From Rhizobium sp. Q54 (GTDB lineage: Bacteria > Pseudomonadota > Alphaproteobacteria > Rickettsiales > UBA1997), in contig CAMBXE010000002.1 of assembly GCA_945871805.1 (NCBI GenBank), positions 3,632 to 67,631 of the forward strand: a stretch of 64,000 bases of DNA, in the 5' to 3' direction. A program made the translations under genes and the position numbers. Positions 40,076-51,506 of this stretch are shown piece after piece. The notes beneath the pieces were generated by a model. The model had not been told where the DNA came from, searched no databases, and worked only from the letters and a program-made list of their open reading frames with translations. Position 1 is the stretch's first letter. The number at the start of each line of letters is the position of its first letter.

Positions 40076-41347
40076 ATGCTCAAAAATCAGGATAAAATTT
40101 TTACTAATCTTTACGGATTTGAATCGTCAAATCTTGAAGCGGCAAAAAAAAGAGGCGACTGGAACGACACTAAAAAATTTCTCGATTTAGGTTCTGATGC
40201 CCTGATTCAACAAGTTAAAGATTCTGGTTTGCGCGGCCGTGGTGGCGCAGGTTTTCCGACGGGAATGAAATGGTCATTTACACCAAAAAAAGCTGATCCA
40301 AAAGATGGTAAGCCACATTACTTAGTAATTAATGCCGACGAATCTGAGCCAGGAACCTGTAAGGATCGCGACATCCTGCGCAACGACCCACACAAACTTT
40401 TAGAAGGCTGTTTAATTGCTGCTCGCGCAATTAATTCTAACACCTGCTACATCTACATTCGCGGCGAATATTACAACGAAGCTGTCGCGTTGCAGCGTGC
40501 AATTGACGAGGCTTACGAGGCAAAATTAATCGGAAAAAATGCCTGTAATTCTGGTTGGGATTTAGATATTTTTATCCATCGCGGAGGCGGCGCTTACATC
40601 TGCGGAGAAGAAACCGCATTGCTCGAGAGTCTCGAAGGCAACAAAGGTCAGCCCCGCTTGAAGCCGCCATTTCCGGCACTTGTTGGGCTTTACGGCTGTC
40701 CGACAATAATTAATAATGTTGAATCAATCGCTGTTGTTCCAGAAATTCTTCGTCGCGGACCAGCTTGGTTCGCGGGTTTGGGCCGTGAAAAAAATACCGG
40801 CACAAAAATTTTCTGCATTTCTGGTCACGTCAACAAGCCTTGTAACGTCGAAGAAGAAATGGGAATTTCGCTCAAAGAATTAATCGAAAAACATGCCGGC
40901 GGAGTGCGCGGCGGTTGGGATAATTTACTCGCCGTAATTCCTGGCGGCTCATCAGTTCCAATGATCAGCAAAGAAGTTTGCGACACAGTTTTGATGGATT
41001 TCGATTCCCTAAAAGCAGCGGGAACAGGCCTCGGCACTGCTGGCGTCATCGTGATGGATAAATCAACCGACATCATCAAATCAATCGCGCGTCTTTCCCA
41101 TTTTTATAAACACGAATCTTGCGGCCAATGCACGCCGTGCCGCGAGGGCACTGGCTGGATAATGCGCATCATGGACCGCATGGTTGAAGGAAATGCGAAA
41201 GTTGAAGAGATCGACCAGCTCTACAACTTAACCAAACAAATCGAAGGCCACACCATCTGCGCCCTCGGCGATGCAGCAGCCTGGCCGGTTCAAGGCCTCA
41301 TCAAAAATTTCCGCGGTGAAATGGAGAGAAGAATTACCAACAAGTAA
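40076..41347 (+). CDS. nuoF: NADH-quinone oxidoreductase subunit F
   Basis: 423 aa with [13 protein letters not shown], the FMN/NADH-site block [19 protein letters not shown], and 4Fe-4S cysteines [12 protein letters not shown]. Confidence 0.95.
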   Translation: MLKNQDKIFTNLYGFESSNLEAAKKRGDWNDTKKFLDLGSDALIQQVKDSGLRGRGGAGFPTGMKWSFTPKKADPKDGKPHYLVINADESEPGTCKDRDILRNDPHKLLEGCLIAARAINSNTCYIYIRGEYYNEAVALQRAIDEAYEAKLIGKNACNSGWDLDIFIHRGGGAYICGEETALLESLEGNKGQPRLKPPFPALVGLYGCPTIINNVESIAVVPEILRRGPAWFAGLGREKNTGTKIFCISGHVNKPCNVEEEMGISLKELIEKHAGGVRGGWDNLLAVIPGGSSVPMISKEVCDTVLMDFDSLKAAGTGLGTAGVIVMDKSTDIIKSIARLSHFYKHESCGQCTPCREGTGWIMRIMDRMVEGNAKVEEIDQLYNLTKQIEGHTICALGDAAAWPVQGLIKNFRGEMERRITNK

Positions 41348-42543
41348 TGACTAAAATCATCGCCCTAATCACCGCCTGTGGGCGCGGAAATCGCTTCAAT
41401 CAAGGCGAGGGAATTCCTAAGCAATATTTGCCGCTTGCCGGTGTTTCACTTTTGCGTCACTCGATTTTGGCTTTTTTGAATCACCCAAAAATTGATGACG
41501 TGATTTGCGTGATTCACCCCGACGATGTTGCGCTTTACGAAGAAGCTGTGGCTGGGCTCGATTTATTAAATCCAGTTTTTGGTGGCGACACTCGTCAGGC
41601 CTCAATTCGTTTTGGCCTCGAAGCTCTGCGTGAAAATAATCCGGCGAAAGTTTTAATTCACGATGGCGTGCGCCCTTTCGTTTCTAAGCGCATCATTAAT
41701 GGCATTTTGGAAAAGTTGGAAACTCATCCCGCAGTAATTCCTGCTGTTGCCGTCGAAGACACGCTGAAAAAAACTCACGACGGAAAAATCGAGTGGACTC
41801 TAGAGCGTGAAAATCTCTGGCGCGCGCAAACGCCGCAGGGCTTCATCTACCAAGATATTTTGAATTCGCACATCGCTTTCAAAGATTTAAATTTTACTGA
41901 CGATTCTTCGCTGAACGAATATGCCGGAATTCCGGTGGCGATCGTTCCGGGTTCGCAAAATAATTTTAAAATCACCACCGAAGAAGATTACGAACGCGCT
42001 AAAAGTCTGGCGGCAATGATGATTCAAAATGTGCGTGAAGAAAATCGCTGCGGTAGCGGATTTGATGTTCACGCCTTTCGTGAGCGCAAAAAAGATGAAA
42101 ATAATTTCATTCGAATTTGTGGAATTGACGTCGAATTCGACAAAAAAATCGAAGCGCATTCTGACGGCGATGTTGGCATTCACGCTTTGATCGACGCGAT
42201 CCTCGGAGCAATCGGCGAAGGCGACATTGGCGAACATTTTCCGCCAAGCGACGCGAAGTGGCACAATGCCGATTCGCGTGAAATGCTCAAAATCACCAAC
42301 CATTTACTGAAGAAAAAAGGCGGCACAATTTTAAATCTCGACATCACTTTGATTTGCGAAAAGCCAAAAATTTCTAAATTTAAAACTCAAATGAGAGCAG
42401 CGCTGGCAGAGGTTTTAAACATCTCAGCGACTCGCGTAAACGTGAAGGCAACAACAACTGAGAAGCTCGGATTTTTAGGAAGAGAAGAGGGAATTGCTGC
42501 GCAGGCTGTGGTGTTGATTGCGCTGGTTGAGAAAGCGGCTTAA
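41347..42543 (+). CDS. ispDF: bifunctional IspD/IspF (MEP cytidylyltransferase / MECDP synthase)
   Basis: 398 aa. N-terminal IspD (ALITACGRGNRF) and C-terminal IspF (GSGFDVHAF...HSDGDVGIHAL). Confidence 0.95.
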   Translation: MTKIIALITACGRGNRFNQGEGIPKQYLPLAGVSLLRHSILAFLNHPKIDDVICVIHPDDVALYEEAVAGLDLLNPVFGGDTRQASIRFGLEALRENNPAKVLIHDGVRPFVSKRIINGILEKLETHPAVIPAVAVEDTLKKTHDGKIEWTLERENLWRAQTPQGFIYQDILNSHIAFKDLNFTDDSSLNEYAGIPVAIVPGSQNNFKITTEEDYERAKSLAAMMIQNVREENRCGSGFDVHAFRERKKDENNFIRICGIDVEFDKKIEAHSDGDVGIHALIDAILGAIGEGDIGEHFPPSDAKWHNADSREMLKITNHLLKKKGGTILNLDITLICEKPKISKFKTQMRAALAEVLNISATRVNVKATTTEKLGFLGREEGIAAQAVVLIALVEKAA

Positions 42544-42566
42544 CCCAAATAAGGATCTGGGTTTAA
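42539..42566. mobile_element. MITE-D mini-derivative or footprint (ends only)
   Basis: cttaa|cccaaataaggatctggg|tttaa retains the ccca... and ...ggatctggg termini, flanked by TTAA-type duplications. It overlaps the ispDF stop codon. Confidence 0.55.
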
Positions 42567-42722
42567 AGATTTTGAGCACGGTGCTCAAAATTGCATTTTG
42601 GCCAGTGTTTACCAGGGATCAGCTTTTTAAATTGTGATTTTGAATCAAAAAAAAGTCTCAGGAATTTTTACGAAATCTTTCGCTTAATTCAAAAAGGGCA
42701 ATGTGCGCTAAGGGGGGTCTGG

Positions 42723-43649
42723 TTACAAATTCTTCAAGCAGGCTTGCAGCAACTCATTCGCTTCTTTTTTTACTTTCTTTGCTGCGGCGGTTCCGAGTTC
42801 GGTCGCATCTTTTAGCTCAACTTTGCAGCTCGAATTAGTTTCGAAAATTTCACTTCCATCGTGACTCAAGATTTCGGTTCTGAGAATTAAATTTTCATTT
42901 TGAATTTCAGCATGAACTCCTACTGGCGTTGAGCAGGAAGCGCCAAGCTCACGCAAAAATGCGCGCTCGCATTTGATCGCAATCATTGTTTCTGCGTCGT
43001 TAATTTTCTTAAAAATTTCAGCAAATTTCTCGGCAGATTTTTTAATTTGCACCGCAAGAGATCCTTGTCCGCCAGCTGGCAACATCTCGGTTTTTTCGAA
43101 AGTTTTTTTGATCAAATGTTCTTTGTCGATTCTTGCCAATCCGCACACAGCAAGGACTGTCGCGTCAACCAAGCCTTCTTCAAGTTTGCGTAAACGCGTG
43201 TCGACATTGCCGCGAAAATTAATGATTTTTAAATCTGGACGCAGACGAAGAAGAATGGATTTGCGTCGAGATGACGAAGTTCCAATTACCGAGCCCTTCG
43301 GCAATTCTTCGATTTTGCTAAATTTGCTTGAGATGAAAGCGTCGCGCGCATCAAGGCGTGGCGTGAAAGCAACGATTTCGGTTTCTTCGTGAATTACTGG
43401 CGGAACATCTTTCGCGGAGTGAATCGCGGCGTCGATTTTATCTTGGAGAAGAGCCTCTTCGAGTTCTTTAATGAAGAGGCCTTTGCCGCCGATTTCAGCT
43501 AAATTGCGGTCTTGAATTTTGTCGCCGGAAGTGACGATTGGAACGATTTCGATTTGAAGATCGGGAAAGTGATCAGCTAAAAGGAGGTGAATTTCTGCAA
43601 CTTGCGAGAGGGCTAGTTTACTGGTGCGAGTGCCGATTCGAATTTTCAT
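42723..43649 (-). CDS. hemC: porphobilinogen deaminase (hydroxymethylbilane synthase)
   Basis: N-terminus MKIRIGTRTSKLALSQ, plus GNVDTRLRKL and a cofactor Cys region. Confidence 0.95.
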   Translation of the reverse strand: MKIRIGTRTSKLALSQVAEIHLLLADHFPDLQIEIVPIVTSGDKIQDRNLAEIGGKGLFIKELEEALLQDKIDAAIHSAKDVPPVIHEETEIVAFTPRLDARDAFISSKFSKIEELPKGSVIGTSSSRRKSILLRLRPDLKIINFRGNVDTRLRKLEEGLVDATVLAVCGLARIDKEHLIKKTFEKTEMLPAGGQGSLAVQIKKSAEKFAEIFKKINDAETMIAIKCERAFLRELGASCSTPVGVHAEIQNENLILRTEILSHDGSEIFETNSSCKVELKDATELGTAAAKKVKKEANELLQACLKNL

Positions 43650-43669
43650 CAATGAGCGGCAATCGAGAA

Positions 43670-43795
43670 TTATCCTTGGCGAGCTTTGAAGCGTGGCTTT
43701 ACTTTGTTAATTACGTAAAGACGACCTTTGCGACGAACGATTTTGCAGTTCTTGTCTCTATTTTTGGCAGACTTAAGGGAGTTGAAGATTTTCAT
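43670..43795 (-). CDS. rpmJ: 50S ribosomal protein L36 (41 aa)
   Basis: Below the ORF-track cut-off. Translation is [41 protein letters not shown], the alphaproteobacterial bL36 pattern. Confidence 0.9.
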   Translation of the reverse strand: MKIFNSLKSAKNRDKNCKIVRRKGRLYVINKVKPRFKARQG

Positions 43796-43868
43796 GAAAA
43801 CAGCTGAAAAATTTGGCTTAAAAATTGGGGGGAGTTACTTGAGGGCGGCGCAAAGTAGGAATCAAAAA

Positions 43869-45044
43869 TTACCTGTCAACTTCGCCAAACACGATGTCTT
43901 GGGTCGAGATTACGGTAACCACATCAGCAAGCATGTGGCCTTTAACCATGAATTCCAATCCTTGCAAATGCGCGAAGCCAGGCGCACGAACGCGGCAGCG
44001 ATGTGGTTTGCTTGAGCCGTCGGAAATAATATAAACCCCGAATTCACCTTTTGGCGCTTCGACTGCGGCGTAAGTTTCGCCGGCGGGCACGCGGTAGCCT
44101 TCGGTGAAAAGTTTGAAATGGTTGATCAGTGATTCCATATCGTGTTTTGCCTCGGATCTTTTTGGCGGAGAAATTTTTGGATCATCAACATTAACCGGAC
44201 CTTCCGGCATTTTTTCGATGCATTGTAAAATTAATTTTACCGACTCGCGCATTTCTTCGACGCGGATTAAATAGCGATCGTAAGAGTCGCCATTTTTGCC
44301 AACGGGAATGTCGAAATCTAATTCGCCGTAAATTTCGTAGGGTTGTGATTTACGCAGATCCCAGGCGATTCCTGAGCCGCGGATCATTGGGCCGGAAAAT
44401 CCCCAATCCAAAGCTTCTTCTTTGCTGACTACGCCAACATCGACCAGGCGCTGTTTGAAGATGCGATTGTCGGTGAGAAGGTCTTCCATGTCGTCGATTT
44501 TTTTCGGAAATTCTTCGGCAAATTTTTTAATTTCTGCGAGCAGGCCATCGGGCAAATCTTGGTGAACTCCGCCTGGACGAATGTAGGCTGCGTGCATTCT
44601 TGAACCAGAAACTTTTTCGTAAAATTCGAGCATTTTTTCGCGCTCTTCGAACATCCACAAAAGTGGCGTCATCGCGCCAACGTCTAGAGCCTGAGTGGTT
44701 ATGGCCATGATGTGATTTAAAATGCGCGTGATTTCAGAAAATAAAACGCGAATGAATTGCGCGCGCCGCGGAACTTGAATGTTTAAAAGTTTTTCCACCG
44801 CCAAAGCAAAAGCATGCTCTTGGCACATTGGCGAAACGTAATCGAGACGATCAAAATAAGGGACGGCCTGTAAGTAAGTTTTGTATTCAATTAATTTTTC
44901 AGTGCCGCGATGAAGTAAGCCGATGTGCGGATCGGCGCGCATAATTACTTCTCCATCCATTTCAAGAACAAGGCGCAAAACGCCGTGCGCAGCGGGATGT
45001 TGTGGGCCAAAATTAATCGTAACGTTTTTGGTTTCGAGGGACAT
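43869..45044 (-). CDS. nuoD: NADH-quinone oxidoreductase subunit D
   Basis: The ATG at 45044 gives [25 protein letters not shown]; the track uses a GTG at 45083. The C-terminus is DIVFGEVDR. Confidence 0.95.
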   Translation of the reverse strand: MSLETKNVTINFGPQHPAAHGVLRLVLEMDGEVIMRADPHIGLLHRGTEKLIEYKTYLQAVPYFDRLDYVSPMCQEHAFALAVEKLLNIQVPRRAQFIRVLFSEITRILNHIMAITTQALDVGAMTPLLWMFEEREKMLEFYEKVSGSRMHAAYIRPGGVHQDLPDGLLAEIKKFAEEFPKKIDDMEDLLTDNRIFKQRLVDVGVVSKEEALDWGFSGPMIRGSGIAWDLRKSQPYEIYGELDFDIPVGKNGDSYDRYLIRVEEMRESVKLILQCIEKMPEGPVNVDDPKISPPKRSEAKHDMESLINHFKLFTEGYRVPAGETYAAVEAPKGEFGVYIISDGSSKPHRCRVRAPGFAHLQGLEFMVKGHMLADVVTVISTQDIVFGEVDR

Positions 45045-45116
45045 GAATTTAATTTTTTTAACCGCAATTCCTAAGTTTGTCACCGCATCCTCTAGTCTTT
45101 CACTGCGTCCTCCATT

Positions 45117-45199
45117 TTGTCACCCCGTCGAATGACGGGGTCCATACAGGGGTGTAGTGCTTGCGACGAGATGGACCCCGTCATTCGACGGGGTGACAA
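45117..45199. repeat. PAL-A2 palindromic element (unit gaccccgtcattcgacggggtgacaa, two inverted copies)
   Basis: ttgtcaccccgtcgaatgacggggtccat ... atggaccccgtcattcgacggggtgacaa. It has the same outer bases as PAL-A with a different core. Confidence 0.9.
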
Positions 45200-45333
45200 A
45201 CTGAAGAGTGGGGTTGATTATTTTGAGTTAATTTGATCGAAGAAGGGCGACAAAATCAGAATTAAAAATCAAAAATCAATTTCTGGCAAAAAATAGATTT
45301 TGGGGACTTGAACCTTTTATTTGTTATTCCTAG

Positions 45334-46802
<1,469 letters not shown>

Positions 46803-46803
<1 letters not shown>

Positions 46804-47069
46804 TGTCGAATCTAAAACTCGAAATCATTTCTCCAGAAGGTATTATTTTTAACGGCAATTGCCACATGGCCGTTATACCTTCAACCCTTGGTGACATTGG
46901 CTTCATGTATGGGCATGAAGCTGTTGTTGCTTTGATTCGCGAAGGTCAAATTACTGTTTTTGACGACAAGCAAAATATCGTAAAACAGATTGATGTTGTC
47001 GGCGGTTACGTCGAGATGAATGGCGCCGAAAAACTTTCGGTCCTGGTTGATGGAAGCGTTAAAAGCTGA
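46803..47069 (+). CDS. atpC: F1 ATP synthase subunit epsilon, short form (88 aa)
   Basis: N-terminus LKLEIISPEGIIFNG.. and position directly after atpD. Its length covers only the N-terminal beta-sandwich. Confidence 0.8.
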
Positions 47070-47405
47070 TCTCGTCTTGTTATAATTTATTGAGAGCGCT
47101 CTAAATTATTTATTCTGTTTACTCCTCGTACTTTTTAACTCATTTGCCCATCTCTTTTTTGTTACTCCGACAAATTACAGGCCTCATCTCGTCACAAGTA
47201 TTTTAGTAAAAATAAAGACAGAAAATGTCGCGCCTCTGCATAGAGCAAGGCACTCGAAGGAACGCCAGAAGAAAGATTCGGGATTTAAGGATTTCGAGCC
47301 GAATCCGTCGAATTTCTACAGGAACAGTAAATTTCTTCTTGAGTCCTGCAAAAGTAAAATTATATTTTACCAAAGTCTTCCCACGGACTACACCACAAAT
47401 CCCAG

Positions 47406-47436
47406 AACTCTTGAGATCGCCACTCTCAAGAGTTTT
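47406..47436 (+). terminator. 11-bp perfect stem-loop followed by a T-run; candidate intrinsic terminator
   Basis: Sequence is aactcttgaga tcgccac tctcaagagtt tt. Confidence 0.45.
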
Positions 47437-47542
47437 AGAAATTCAAGATCACTGTTTTTTAAGATCGGGATGGAGGCTAGTTCAGCCTGGCAAGAGTAAG
47501 TCGCATCTCATAAAGCTCCTTAATTTTGGGCCGTGACCGACA

Positions 47543-49390
47543 TCAATAGTTTCTCTTTTTCAATTCTAAATTGAGTTCGGGAATTTTCGAAAAATTGCGC
47601 ACGGGCTTGAGAGAGAATTCTAGTCCATTTTTTATTCTCACTAAACTGTGGGCGTGAAAATTTTTATCGTCGCGATTTTCGAAATCGGAACGGTAATGCG
47701 CGCCGCGACTTTCGCGACGATTCAGCGCAGAAAAATTTGTCGCTAAAGAATTTAGCAAAAGATTTTCGAGCTCAAAATAAGCAACTAATTCTTCGTTCCA
47801 GATCAGGTTTTTATTTTTGATTTTGTAATTTTTGAAAATTTCGTAAAGTTCGCGAGTCTTTGCCAATCCTAGCTCTAACAGCTTCTCGTCGCGAAAAACC
47901 CCGAGATGTTTTTCGTTTGCCTCCTGAAGAAGTTTTTTCAGTGCGGGTAAATGGATCCCGTCATTCGACGGGGTGACAACACCGCTCTCCACTCTCCCTT
48001 TTGTCACCCCGTCGAATGACGGGGTCCATGTTGAAGCGATGAAAATATTTTTTAGTTTTTCGATTTTTTCCGCGGCGATTTTTTCCGCGATTTTTTCCGC
48101 GATTTTTGTGTTTTGTTGCGAAGATTTTTCCGCCGCTTTTTTTCCAGCGATTTTGCCGAAGACGATTAAATCTAGTAAAGAATTACACCCTAAGCGATTG
48201 GCTCCGTGCACAGAAACGCAGGCTGTTTCACCTACTGCCATCAGGCCATCAATCACATTGCAATCTAGATCAGTTGGAATTCCACCCATCGTGTAATGAG
48301 CAGAAGGCGAGACGGGAATTAAATCTTTTTTAACATCAAGACGGACGAAATTTTTTACCAACTCGATCACGCCAGGAAGTTTATTATACAAAACTTCTTC
48401 GCTCAAATGACGTAGATCGAGATAAATTTTTTCTCCCTTGCGGATCTCAGTAGCCATTGCTTGCGAGACTACATCTCTTGATGCGAGCTCCAACATTTTT
48501 GGCGCGTAATTTTGCATGAAACGTTCGCCGGAAGAATTGACTAAGTATCCCCCCTCGCCTCGCGCAGCCTCGGTTACAAGAAATCCAAGACCTTGAATTC
48601 CAGTCGGATGAAATTGCACAAATTCCATGTCTTGCAGAGGCAGCCCTTCTTTGAAAACTAGGGCAGAACCATCGCCAGTACAGATCAAAGAGGATGTCGT
48701 ATTTTGATAAATTTGGCTGTAGCCGCCGGTCGCAAGAATTATTGTCGATGCAGAAAAAATTACCAACTCACCAGAATTTAAATCAAGAGCAAGACAGCCG
48801 TGACAGTGGCTTTTTTCTTGGCTTGATGACTCAACTAATAAATCAGTAACAAAAAATTCTGAGAAAAATTTCACCCCATTTTTTAGCGCTTGTTCATGCA
48901 GAGTGTGAAGAATTGTGTGTCCCGTTTTATCCTTGGAATAGCAGGCGCGATAGGCAGCTCCGCCTTGACCAAAATTTGTAGTTTGGCCGCCGTAGGCGCG
49001 TTGAGAAATCTTGCCATTTTCTCCGCGCGAAAAAACTACGCCCATTTTTTCTAAATCTAGAATTGCTGTTTGTGCTTCGCGGCAAAGTAATTCAACCGCG
49101 TCGTTATCGGCTAAATAATCTGCGCCTTTTAGCGTGTCGTAGGCGTGCCATTTCCAATCGTCATTTTCCACATTGCTGAGCGTGGCATTGATTCCGCCTT
49201 TGGCCGCAACTGTGTGGCTGCTGGTAGGAACGACTTTACTAATTACCGCAATATTTTTTGCGCCAGCTTCAATCGCTGAAATTGCCGCCATTAAACCAGC
49301 GCCACCTGAGCCAATAATTATAATGTCGAAAGATTGTTTAGAGATTAACAAATTTTTGATTTTTACTTTGTAATTTTGGATGCTCTCCAA
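47543..49390 (-). CDS. sdhA: succinate dehydrogenase flavoprotein subunit carrying an in-frame repeat insertion
   Basis: 615 aa with GSGGAGLMAA, the covalent-FAD histidine motif SSHTVAAKGGINA, HYTMGGIPT, and ESRGAHYRSDFENRDD. No sdhB, sdhC or sdhD is adjacent. Confidence 0.9.
   Translation of the reverse strand: MESIQNYKVKIKNLLISKQSFDIIIIGSGGAGLMAAISAIEAGAKNIAVISKVVPTSSHTVAAKGGINATLSNVENDDWKWHAYDTLKGADYLADNDAVELLCREAQTAILDLEKMGVVFSRGENGKISQRAYGGQTTNFGQGGAAYRACYSKDKTGHTILHTLHEQALKNGVKFFSEFFVTDLLVESSSQEKSHCHGCLALDLNSGELVIFSASTIILATGGYSQIYQNTTSSLICTGDGSALVFKEGLPLQDMEFVQFHPTGIQGLGFLVTEAARGEGGYLVNSSGERFMQNYAPKMLELASRDVVSQAMATEIRKGEKIYLDLRHLSEEVLYNKLPGVIELVKNFVRLDVKKDLIPVSPSAHYTMGGIPTDLDCNVIDGLMAVGETACVSVHGANRLGCNSLLDLIVFGKIAGKKAAEKSSQQNTKIAEKIAEKIAAEKIEKLKNIFIASTWTPSFDGVTKGRVESGVVTPSNDGIHLPALKKLLQEANEKHLGVFRDEKLLELGLAKTRELYEIFKNYKIKNKNLIWNEELVAYFELENLLLNSLATNFSALNRRESRGAHYRSDFENRDDKNFHAHSLVRIKNGLEFSLKPVRNFSKIPELNLELKKRNY
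47951..48029. repeat. PAL-A2 element inserted inside the sdhA coding sequence with the frame preserved
   Basis: atggatcccgtcattcgacggggtgacaa...ttgtcaccccgtcgaatgacggggtccat is translated as [27 protein letters not shown]. Confidence 0.85.
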
Positions 49391-49413
49391 ATCTAAAATC
49401 TAATTTCTTAAAA

Positions 49414-50172
49414 TTGATAAAAGTTCTTCTTTGTTGCTTAAACGAACAAAAAAATCTTCCCAAAGTTTTTACTGACCTCTTCCGCGAATTAAAAAAATTG
49501 GATGAAAAGTTTGAAGTCATAATGTGCATTGACGGCACGTTTGATGGGTCTTCGCGCATTATTTCTGAATTTCAGAAATCTCATAAAATAAAAGTTCTGC
49601 CAAAAAAAAATCAGCGCGGACTAGGACTTGCCTACAAAAGACTTTTTCTTGAAGTGATCAAAAATTCTGTCGACGAGGATTTGGTAATTACGCTTGATGC
49701 TGATAATACTCATAACCCGAAACAGCTTTTAGAAATGCTCAAGCATTTTAGAAAAAATTCGCTCGATTTTCTCGTCGCCTCACGTTTTTGTGGAAATAGC
49801 GTGATGTCAGATTTTCCAATTCATCGTCAACTAATCAGTAAATCTACCTCGCTTCTTTTACAGAATATTTTTGCCGTAAAAAAAGTTTCCGGCGAAAAAT
49901 TGCAAGATTACACCAGTGGTTATCGCATCTACAAAGTTGAAAAATTGAAAAAACTTTTCGCTCAAGAAAAAGATGATTTTATCACCGAGCCAGAATTTAC
50001 CTATACTTGCGAGATTTTAATAAAATTAGCGCGACTCGATTCTCGTCTTGATGAAATTCCAATTTTTTACGATTACGGCAAAAAAATTGGTAAAAGCAAA
50101 TTGCGCGTCGGCAGAAACTTTTGGCGATTATTAGTGATGCTAAGAAGATTGTTTTTCGCACCGCAAAATTGA
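49414..50172 (+). CDS. family-2 glycosyltransferase (polyprenol-phosphate hexosyltransferase-like)
   Basis: 252 aa with a TTG start. N-terminal ..LNEQKNL.. (the NE motif) and the LDADNTHNP (DxD) block. Confidence 0.7.
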   Translation: MIKVLLCCLNEQKNLPKVFTDLFRELKKLDEKFEVIMCIDGTFDGSSRIISEFQKSHKIKVLPKKNQRGLGLAYKRLFLEVIKNSVDEDLVITLDADNTHNPKQLLEMLKHFRKNSLDFLVASRFCGNSVMSDFPIHRQLISKSTSLLLQNIFAVKKVSGEKLQDYTSGYRIYKVEKLKKLFAQEKDDFITEPEFTYTCEILIKLARLDSRLDEIPIFYDYGKKIGKSKLRVGRNFWRLLVMLRRLFFAPQN

Positions 50173-50237
50173 CTAAAATTTTTCTTTCTCTAAGACGCGC
50201 ACCTATCTTTTCGGCTCTAAAATAATCCTCCAAAATA

Positions 50238-51506
50238 ATGACACAAAAAAGACGAGTTGTCGTAACGGGCATTGGTGCTGTTACGCCTTTATTTGCAACT
50301 GCTGAAGGCACGTGGGCAAAATTGATTAACGGTGAATCTGGCTTGGGACTTATTACCATTTTTAATCCTGAAGAATCTCCGTGTAAAATCGCCGGCGAAG
50401 TAAAATGCGGCACGGAAGAAGGCATGTTTAATCTCGATAGTTACGTCGACATTAAAGAGCAGAAAAAAATGGATCGCTTCATTCATTTTGCCATGGGAGC
50501 AGCTGATCAAGCGATTGCTGATTCGGGCTGGAAAGCAGAAAGTGAAGAGCAGCAATATCGCACCGGCGTGATGATCGGCTCTGGCATCGGTGGGCTTCCA
50601 GCGATTGAAAAAACTGCGATCACGATGAAAGAAAGAGGGATCAGAAAAATCAGTCCATTCTTCATCCCGCAAAGTTTGATCAATCTTGCTTCCGGACAAG
50701 TTTCAATTAAGCACGGATACATGGGGCCAAATCATGCGATCGTTACTGCTTGCGCGACAGGCACTCACGCGATTGGCGATTCTGCACGCATGATCGAATA
50801 TGGTGATGTTGACGTGATGATTGCCGGCGGCGCTGAATCAGCAATTTGTGAAGTTGGCATTGGCGGGTTCGCTTCTTTGCGCGCTCTTTCCACTAATTTT
50901 AATGACAATCCAGCTGCCGGTTCGCGTCCCTGGGACAAGAATCGCGATGGTTTCGTAATGGGCGAAGGCGCAGGTATTGTTGTTCTCGAAGAATTAGAAC
51001 ATGCCAAAAAACGCGGTGCAAAAATTTATGCGGAAGTTATGGGTTACGGAATGTCGGGAGATGCTTATCACATCACCGCTCCAGAAAGTTCTGGTCGTGG
51101 CTCAACTTACGCCATGAAGTTGGCGCTGAAGCATGCGGGCATGAATCCAGAAGATATCGATTACATCAACGCTCACGGCACTTCAACTCCGATGGGCGAT
51201 GAGATTGAAGTTAATTCCGTCAAAAAAGTTTTCGGTGATCACTCTTATAAACTTTCAATGTCTTCAACCAAGTCATCGATCGGACACTTGCTGGGCGCGG
51301 CTGGAGCTGTTGAAGCAATTTTTTCCATTCAAGCAATTCGTGATAATGTTGCGCCGCCAACATTAAATCTCGATGAGCCTTCAGAGGGCTGCGACATTGA
51401 TTTGGTAGCCAAGCAAGCGAAGCAAAGAAAGATTGATGTTGTTATGTCTAATTCATTTGGCTTCGGCGGAACTAACGCCTGTTTGATCTTAAAGCGCTTT
51501 GCATGA
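50238..51506 (+). CDS. fabF: 3-oxoacyl-ACP synthase II
   Basis: 422 aa with active-site ACATGTHAIGDS, NAHGTSTPMGD and SFGFGGTNA. Confidence 0.95.
   Translation: MTQKRRVVVTGIGAVTPLFATAEGTWAKLINGESGLGLITIFNPEESPCKIAGEVKCGTEEGMFNLDSYVDIKEQKKMDRFIHFAMGAADQAIADSGWKAESEEQQYRTGVMIGSGIGGLPAIEKTAITMKERGIRKISPFFIPQSLINLASGQVSIKHGYMGPNHAIVTACATGTHAIGDSARMIEYGDVDVMIAGGAESAICEVGIGGFASLRALSTNFNDNPAAGSRPWDKNRDGFVMGEGAGIVVLEELEHAKKRGAKIYAEVMGYGMSGDAYHITAPESSGRGSTYAMKLALKHAGMNPEDIDYINAHGTSTPMGDEIEVNSVKKVFGDHSYKLSMSSTKSSIGHLLGAAGAVEAIFSIQAIRDNVAPPTLNLDEPSEGCDIDLVAKQAKQRKIDVVMSNSFGFGGTNACLILKRFA

Noticed and set aside
47070..47542. Remnant of sdhB, or a tmRNA, RNase P or SRP RNA gene, in the long spacer
   Set aside because: Translating the minus strand gives no SdhB-like Cys clusters. 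I could not find the conserved cores of those RNAs (GGAAAGTCC-type, the tRNA-like 3' end, or the GGAA tetraloop context). The region is left as unassigned.
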